DNA from: a virus
Lineage: Duplodnaviria; Caudoviricetes
Reading direction: 5' to 3' (one strand)
DNA: 24,414 bases
IMG/VR virus record: IMGVR_UViG_3300020045_005287
Span: 1 to 24,414 of that record
Shown: in pieces, positions 1-5,745 of the stretch
Layout of the letters: every line of letters starts with the position of its first letter
How positions within the stretch are numbered: position 1 is the first letter of the stretch
The notes under the pieces: generated by a model
The model's input: the letters and a program-made list of their open reading frames with translations, nothing else
Told to the model about the DNA's origin: nothing
Database searches by the model: none
Translations under genes and position numbers: made by a program

Positions 1-119
1 AACGGCCCCGAAATTGCCGCAGTGCGCCACGTTTTATTGAGGCACGAAATAAAGTAAGTGGTGTCCTGCGGTCGAAGGAAACCGGCGCATTGAGGCAATT
101 TGTGTGTTAGCCGCCGTCC
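1..119. repeat. attC-like palindromic recombination site 1 (left edge cut by the window)
   Basis: AAC at 1-3. Arm AAATTGCCGCAGTGCGCC (11-28) pairs with GGCGCATTGAGGCAATTT (84-101), 16/18 Watson-Crick. GTTAGCC core box at 106-112. Confidence 0.7.
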
Positions 120-267
120 GGGCTATGAGTGTTAGCTTTCCTGAGTTTTCGGGGCCGTTAGACCGCCATCAGCATTTGTAAAAAGGAGTGACGTAGGAAC
201 GGTTTTACATTGCGTCTTTCAGTTTTCTTGTTACTAACTAAAGAGTATTATTTTTATTTTTTATTTT

Positions 268-286
268 AGCTGCGGAGCATGTATTT
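268..286 (+). repeat. Conserved 19-bp cassette inner motif AGCTGCGGAGCATGTATTT, copy 1
   Basis: Exact match to 897-915. Both copies follow the T-rich arm and precede the first cargo gene. Confidence 0.9.
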
Positions 287-313
287 GTATTTTTTAACTA
301 TTAAATAAATTTT

Positions 314-607
314 ATGATTACAAAAGAAATTGCAAGACTGATCCATAACTGTTATACAGAGATTGAATCAGCAGAAAAAATGATTGAAGAATTACAAAAG
401 TCATTAAATGACAAAGGAGAGTTTGAATTGAAGGATAACTGGGGTAACTCACGAGGATTAGAACTTCATGTGCCAACAAGCCAGTCTGGGCATTCAATAA
501 AAAGAGTTCCTATGTCTCTCGCTTTAAATGTAATAAAACTACATGTGATTACACAGGAAAAAGAACTTGAAAGATTAAAGGATGTATGTAAAATACAGCT
601 TGCTTAA
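314..607 (+). CDS. Hypothetical protein (cassette cargo)
   Basis: 97-aa ORF with AT-rich leader, located between the cassette arms. Confidence 0.8.
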   Translation: MITKEIARLIHNCYTEIESAEKMIEELQKSLNDKGEFELKDNWGNSRGLELHVPTSQSGHSIKRVPMSLALNVIKLHVITQEKELERLKDVCKIQLA

Positions 608-691
608 TTGAATTTCTGTCTTCTGTATTCGTGGCAAGGGAAAGAAAAAATAAAAAAAATTCCTTTTTCCTATGTAACAAAGGAACTGAAA

Positions 692-837
692 GGATGGCGG
701 TCTAACGCTGTGGCTTTGCGAAGGGCTGATGGCTTTGCACTTCCGACCCAAACCATTAATGCTGCTTGGATTTGTAATTGGCTCAAAATTTATTCAGCAG
801 CCAGCCTTTTGCAAAACCGCTTGTTATGTGTAGTTGT
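692..837. repeat. attC-like palindromic recombination site 2
   Basis: GTCTAAC box (700-706). Arm GTGGCTTTGCGAAGGGCTG (710-728) pairs with CAGCCTTTTGCAAAACCGC (802-820), 15/19 plus three G-T pairs on the + strand. GTTATGT box at 823-829. Confidence 0.75.
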
Positions 838-896
838 GGGTGCTAATTGATGTCGCTGCTATGAAAAACTAAAGTTCGGCTGTATTATTTTTTTGA

Positions 897-915
897 AGCT
901 GCGGAGCATGTATTT
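897..915 (+). repeat. Conserved 19-bp cassette inner motif AGCTGCGGAGCATGTATTT, copy 2
   Basis: Exact match to 268-286. Confidence 0.9.
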
Positions 916-992
916 AAAAGCGGAAACCGCTATGAAATAGCGGCTTCTTATACTACTTAAACACTTAATGGTTTAAAAGCTAAAACAAAGAT

Positions 993-1217
993 ATGGTAAA
1001 TTACGAAGCATTATTAAGAGAAAAATACCTATTAGGAACTCCAAAAGAGCAATATGAATGGGTAGTTAATTTAGTTGAGTTGAACTCAAAGCATGAAAGA
1101 GTTGCAACGTATCTGTTACAAACAGTTCTGGCTTTAAGAGATACACCTACTATTTCAGATACCATAAATGATATGTTGGATATTTCAATAGATGTAAGTT
1201 TAAAATCGCTAAAATAG
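993..1217 (+). CDS. Hypothetical protein (cassette cargo)
   Basis: 74-aa ORF, first of four tightly packed co-oriented ORFs. Confidence 0.75.
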   Translation: MVNYEALLREKYLLGTPKEQYEWVVNLVELNSKHERVATYLLQTVLALRDTPTISDTINDMLDISIDVSLKSLK

Positions 1218-1222
1218 AAAAT

Positions 1223-1474
1223 ATGGATTATCCACAATTAGAAAGAGTAGGAACGTTTTGCATGAAATGCAATCAGGTTGTTTGTATTTGTAAAAATTTG
1301 AAAGATTTTAATAAAAAAGTAAAGACTGGCGAATATGTTATTGCACCTGAATATCATAGTTTATTTGGGACTGTCAAACACTACCTTTCCGAAACTAATG
1401 TAATGATAAGTTGTAATGATTATAACTGCCTATCTGATGCTCAAAAAGAAAAATGTAAACCTGTTTATAAATGA
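1223..1474 (+). CDS. Hypothetical Cys-rich protein (cassette cargo)
   Basis: 83 aa with CMKCNQVVCIC near the N-terminus; ATGA overlap with the next ORF. Confidence 0.7.
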   Translation: MDYPQLERVGTFCMKCNQVVCICKNLKDFNKKVKTGEYVIAPEYHSLFGTVKHYLSETNVMISCNDYNCLSDAQKEKCKPVYK

Positions 1475-1683
1475 ATCCGCATACTAAGTATAGTCCAAAA
1501 GTAAGGGCAAGAAAGATGTATAATGACCATGCTTACTATATGGTTAAATACGGTATAAAAAACGCAACCGAAAAAGCTAAAAAATCAGCTATTAGAGAAG
1601 TTGATGAAATACTTAGCCAAGATTGGTTAAAAGGAAATGAACAATATTGGAATGAGGTAAAAGCTGAAATTGAAAAACTATGA
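1471..1683 (+). CDS. Hypothetical phage protein (cassette cargo)
   Basis: 70 aa; ends YWNEVKAEIEKL, a pattern I recall from small Bacteroidota phage proteins; ATGA overlaps on both sides. Confidence 0.78.
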   Translation: MNPHTKYSPKVRARKMYNDHAYYMVKYGIKNATEKAKKSAIREVDEILSQDWLKGNEQYWNEVKAEIEKL

Positions 1684-1901
1684 CAGATATAGAAGCGTTT
1701 GAAGTATTTGATAAATATTCAGATGAGCCAACAAGGGCAAAATTGAAAATCATGCTGCATACTGTTGGCATTGATAAAACCATAAAAACAATGGTTGAGG
1801 CTTATTCAGGGGAAGGCCAAAAACTACCGTCCGAATTTATAGGCGTTATGAAGCAGGCTTTTACATACATGAGTAAACAAATGGCAGAACCTTTAAATTA
1901 A
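1680..1901 (+). CDS. Hypothetical protein (cassette cargo)
   Basis: 73 aa; ATGA-coupled to the preceding ORF. Confidence 0.75.
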   Translation: MTDIEAFEVFDKYSDEPTRAKLKIMLHTVGIDKTIKTMVEAYSGEGQKLPSEFIGVMKQAFTYMSKQMAEPLN

Positions 1902-2055
1902 ATACAAATGTTGAATTGGAAACTAATGTGTGGCGTGGGCAAAAAAAAAATAATACAGTTATCCGTCTGCCCCATAAATGGTATGCTGGTAACAATTACA
2001 CATAACTCGTAAATATGCGACACTAAGGCTACACGGTGTAACTAAATTGATAACT

Positions 2056-2268
2056 ATGCAGCGATTCATAACGATTAAAACATGGGCAAAATTAGCCGGG
2101 ATGAAACGTGAATCGGCCTACAAAAGATTAAAATCCGGCAGGCTTGAATATTCACCTTATTGCGAAATGCCAGCAATTGATTTAGAAGAATTTCCGGCAA
2201 GTAGAATAAGGTGTGTTGCATCGCCACCGCCAATTAAAAAAGAGTTGCCGGATTGGTGTTACGAATAA
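2056..2268 (+). CDS. Small HTH DNA-binding protein (excisionase/AlpA-like)
   Basis: ITIKTWAKLAGMKRESAYKRLKSGRL is an Xis/MerR-like HTH pattern. ATG at 2056 is preferred over TTG at 2047. Confidence 0.65.
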   Translation: MQRFITIKTWAKLAGMKRESAYKRLKSGRLEYSPYCEMPAIDLEEFPASRIRCVASPPPIKKELPDWCYE

Positions 2269-2412
2269 ATTTAAAAAAAGGAGGCAAATATGAAATAAGA
2301 ACCAAACAATTCAGGCTCCATAATAAATATTAATCATCGTATTTTTATTCGTTAAATGGAATGGAGCCTGTTTTACTTTTAATTTTTAAAACTTAAAATA
2401 AAACCAAACAAA

Positions 2413-3744
2413 ATGAGCGAACAAAATGAGCAGTTAAATTTATCATTGCCGTATGAGGATTTTACTGGAAAAATGGGAAGCCAGGCTTATGCAAAAGCTA
2501 CTTACAAAAGAGGGAATGACGTAATGATTTTCCAAATACCATTTAAGGATATTCTTATTTGGGAAGGGTATAATGCCCGTACAGTATTTGAAAATATTGA
2601 GGATTTAGCAGACAGCATTCACCAACATAAACAAAAAACGCCATTTCAGCTTGTGCTTGTAAAAGAAGGTGATCGGGCTTATTTGAAAAAAGGTGGCCGT
2701 AGGCATCGTGCATACCAGTTGCTCATAGAACAGGGTTTGTTTAATCCAAATGACACTGTTCCATTTGAATTAACCAGCACCAAAGAAACGATGGAAGAAA
2801 TGATTTTGGATTTGCACGTATCGAATCAATATCCTGAGCCATTGAAGCCAATTGATCTTGCCACTGTTGCATGGAGATTAAAGCATCTTTGCGGCGCTGA
2901 AAAATCAAATGAAGAAGTATCTGAATTGCTTGGAGCAAAAAAAGTATCCCGGCAGACAGTTGATAATCTTCTCCTGATATATAATGCAAGTGATGATATT
3001 AAAAATCAAATTCGTGTAGGCGATATGAATATGACCAGTGCGGTATCGTTCATTCGTTCACAAAAAAAGTTAAAAAAAGAAGCGGATAAAAAAGAAGAAG
3101 AAGCAGGGCAATCATCCATGTATGTCCAGCCTGATCCTAAAGACAGTTTAAGGGATGAAGTAGCCGAATTAGAGGCGGCTGAGTTACAGGCAGAGATTTA
3201 TAGGGAGAGAGAGGCCAATAGGAGCAGAATTGAAGCAGAACGGTTAGAAAGAATTGCTAACTATCTTGAAGTTAAAGAAGATGTGCTTTTACAGCATATT
3301 GGCAAAAGGCTTGCGGCAGACGCTACATATAATTGGGTGGAAGATTTTGTAGATGAAGATACCGCAGAAGTGTTTCCGGTAAACAGGACAAATACCGTTC
3401 TTAAACAAGGGGAATTATTGGATGAAAACACAATCAAGGATCTTGTTGGAAGTAATGTAGAAAAGGTTTATGTATTCAAGGAAATCATTCCTACGGCATC
3501 AGTTTTTACGGAACCAGTAGCGGATCCGGAATCTCCAAAATTCGATGTGTCAAGACCAGAAATAGAAAAGATTCAAAAATGTATTCAAGGTGCTGACAAG
3601 GTAGAAGCCATTGTAACAAAGTTGGATGCTCCTGATGACGTAAAAAAAGATATTGCTTTTCAAATATACTGGCTCCAACGAAATCTTTCGGATGTGCGTG
3701 ATTGGGTACATTCCAATAAAAAACAAAATAAAAAAGACCGATAA
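2413..3744 (+). CDS. ParB/Srx-like N-terminal domain protein with HTH, coiled coil and RpoB-insert-like domain
   Basis: YNAR...IEDLADSI...P...GGRRHRA matches the ParB N-domain. NEEVSELLGAKKVSRQTVDNLL is an HTH. WVEDFVDEDTAEV resembles the Bacteroidota RpoB insert. Confidence 0.8.
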   Translation: MSEQNEQLNLSLPYEDFTGKMGSQAYAKATYKRGNDVMIFQIPFKDILIWEGYNARTVFENIEDLADSIHQHKQKTPFQLVLVKEGDRAYLKKGGRRHRAYQLLIEQGLFNPNDTVPFELTSTKETMEEMILDLHVSNQYPEPLKPIDLATVAWRLKHLCGAEKSNEEVSELLGAKKVSRQTVDNLLLIYNASDDIKNQIRVGDMNMTSAVSFIRSQKKLKKEADKKEEEAGQSSMYVQPDPKDSLRDEVAELEAAELQAEIYREREANRSRIEAERLERIANYLEVKEDVLLQHIGKRLAADATYNWVEDFVDEDTAEVFPVNRTNTVLKQGELLDENTIKDLVGSNVEKVYVFKEIIPTASVFTEPVADPESPKFDVSRPEIEKIQKCIQGADKVEAIVTKLDAPDDVKKDIAFQIYWLQRNLSDVRDWVHSNKKQNKKDR

Positions 3745-4180
3745 TGCCCAGACCAAAAGCTATAGATATTGAAATAATTTATCAAGGCGTTTTAAATAAG
3801 GAATTAACCATAAATTCAAAGGGTGAGATATGGCGTATTGGAATACGTTGGAGAAATAGTTCTGGGCAAAAAGGAGTGAAAAAATGCAAAAAAAAGAGAG
3901 CAGAGCATGATACCGGGGATTATCTTCAAATATCGGCATCATATAATGGGGTAGTATATTCCACATGCGCCCATAGGTTAGTTTTCTACCATTTAATAAG
4001 CATCTACCTATGGATATGACAGTCAACCATGAAAATGGCAATAAAAAGGATAATAGGCCTAAAAACCTAACATTGATGTCAGATTCGCAGCAGCATGTAC
4101 ATAGGGTTAGGGTTTTGAAAAATGGGCTAAAAAATTCAATAAAGTTTATTCTGAAAATAACAACGGATATTTTGCAATAG
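3744..4180 (+). pseudogene. HNH endonuclease, frameshifted at about 3992 and probably 3'-truncated
   Basis: The first frame gives GDYLQI...AHRLVFYH. The -1 frame continues FNKHLPMDMTVNHENGNKKDNRPKNL...QQHVH, the HNH core. Confidence 0.8.
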
Positions 4181-5439
4181 CATTCTTATGCGCGAGCCTT
4201 TTTGCTGATTTTATTTATTCCATTCACAGCTGGTTTCCAATGATGAATTCTTATGGAATGCCAAGAACTGGAAAAACAACAATCGCTAGATCAACAGCTA
4301 GAGTGATTTCTTCAACAGCAATGGAGTTTTCCCTTCACGGTGGTACGCCAATCGGTTTGCAACGGCTTTTAGCGCAAAAAAGAAATACAATTGAACTGGC
4401 TGATGAGTTCAGAAATGACTTGGATATGAAAACAATCCAAACATTGAAAAGAGTTTATGACCGTTCCAAAATCCCAAAAGGGCAAATGACGAACGATAAT
4501 AGAACGATTGACACTCCTGTTAATTCGGTTTTGTGGTTCATGGGGCAACACATGTGCACGGTTGATTCAGGAGCATTGCTCACACGTTGTATTTCACGTG
4601 AGTTCATGAAAACAATGGATAAATATACCAATGATGAAATTTTAGAGTATGAAGAGCTGCGCGAGTGGGAAAAAAAAGGTTTATCGGATGTTGTAATCGA
4701 AATAATACGCTCAAGATCATCCATTGAACAAAATTACCTTCATGAATTTACAGAAATTGGTGATAAAATACGTGATGAGTTAAGAGATACAGGAGCAGAT
4801 GGGCGTGTAGTTGGAAATCATATCGTTTTCTTGGCCGTGGTGAAGATTTTAAGCGATAAGTTAAGCTTTCCATTCACCTATGAAGAATTTTATGAAGAAA
4901 TCAAGAAATCCATACAACAGCAATCGCTTACAATTTCCAGCAATGATGATTTAGCTGATTTATTCCAAATGATGGAATTTTTAGCAATGCAACATGCCAT
5001 CAAAATCAATGAAGATTACAAGCTTGAAAAAAGAAAACTTCATATCACCATCGGGCGTGGCGAAACTGAGGAGAAAAAAACGCTTGAATGTGTTGATGTT
5101 CTTTATATCAAAATGACTAGGATTTATCCAATGTATGCTGAACACACGCGCAAACAAGGAAATGATCCTTTGCCTCAATCAACTTTGATTTCCTATTTCA
5201 AAAATCATAGGTCATTTATTGGACCAGTAAAAGGAACCAAGTTTAATGGTGTAAATACATCGGCATTTGCTTTTGATTACAACATTTTGGATATAAGATT
5301 ACCAGGATTAAATGACGAAGTGAAACCTGAAGAAGAAACGCCTGCTCCATACATTCCAAAATCACCACAAATGGAGCAATCAGTTTTGGATTTGGAAACA
5401 TGGCCAGCAGAAAAAGACGATGATGATTTACCATTTTAA
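4111..5439 (+). pseudogene. 5'-truncated phage primase/helicase (C-terminal P-loop helicase portion only)
   Basis: The frame opens after TAG at 4108-4110 with no start codon until 4240. It reads FEKWAKKFNKVY...ASLFADFI...FP, then Walker A GMPRTGKT, Walker B LADEF and VYDR. No primase or zinc-finger domain lies upstream. Confidence 0.7.
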
Positions 5440-5451
5440 AAACAGAAAACA

Positions 5452-5745
5452 ATGAAATTAACAGAATCCCAACAACAAGAATATTTAGATGAATTGGTGC
5501 GCACTTTATGCAAAATGCAATCAACCATCCATAGCATTGATAAATTATCAGATCAAGCGCTATTCTACAAAAACCATAAGCAAAAGCTATTGAACATGGA
5601 GAATTCACTTTCAACAATTTTGAACGAAACAACGATATTTTTCGGGTTCAAAACAACCGATTCGTTCTGTTTAGCCGTCAAAAGTATCGATGATGTGGCT
5701 GGTGAAATTACTTATAGAGAAGAAAGTTCTGAGAATGGAAAGTGA
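5452..5745 (+). CDS. Hypothetical phage protein
   Basis: 97-aa ORF filling the gap between the helicase and the MTase; A-rich leader. Confidence 0.75.
   Translation: MKLTESQQQEYLDELVRTLCKMQSTIHSIDKLSDQALFYKNHKQKLLNMENSLSTILNETTIFFGFKTTDSFCLAVKSIDDVAGEITYREESSENGK

Larger units (their letters stand above)
4..706. mobile_element. Putative gene cassette 1 (AAC-to-AAC unit: hairpin plus inverted arms enclosing ORF 314-607)
   Basis: GTTAGCCGCCGTCC (106-119) is complementary, with one extra base and one mismatch, to GGATGGCGGTCTAAC (692-706). Arm 216-234 matches the reverse complement of 674-692 at 16/19. A T-tract at about 250-267 faces an A-tract at 641-659. Confidence 0.65.
707..2006. mobile_element. 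Putative gene cassette 2 (hairpin plus inverted arms enclosing four small ORFs)
   Basis: GTTATGTGTAGTTGT (823-837) is 14/15 complementary to ACAATTACACATAAC (1992-2006). CTGTATTATTTTTTT (880-894) is perfectly complementary to 1944-1958. Confidence 0.65.

Noticed and set aside
608-850. 80-aa + strand ORF
   Set aside because: It has a TTG start and lies entirely over the A-tract arm and attC-like hairpin, so it is most likely incidental.
1-2006. CRISPR array or IS/MITE interpretation of the repeats
   Set aside because: There are no regularly spaced identical direct repeats, no transposase and no target-site duplication; the architecture is attC-like.
3744-4240. Group I intron with HNH interrupting the primase gene
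   Set aside because: No 5' exon (primase N-terminus) exists upstream. The ParB-like gene abuts the HNH start and there is no room for an intron core.
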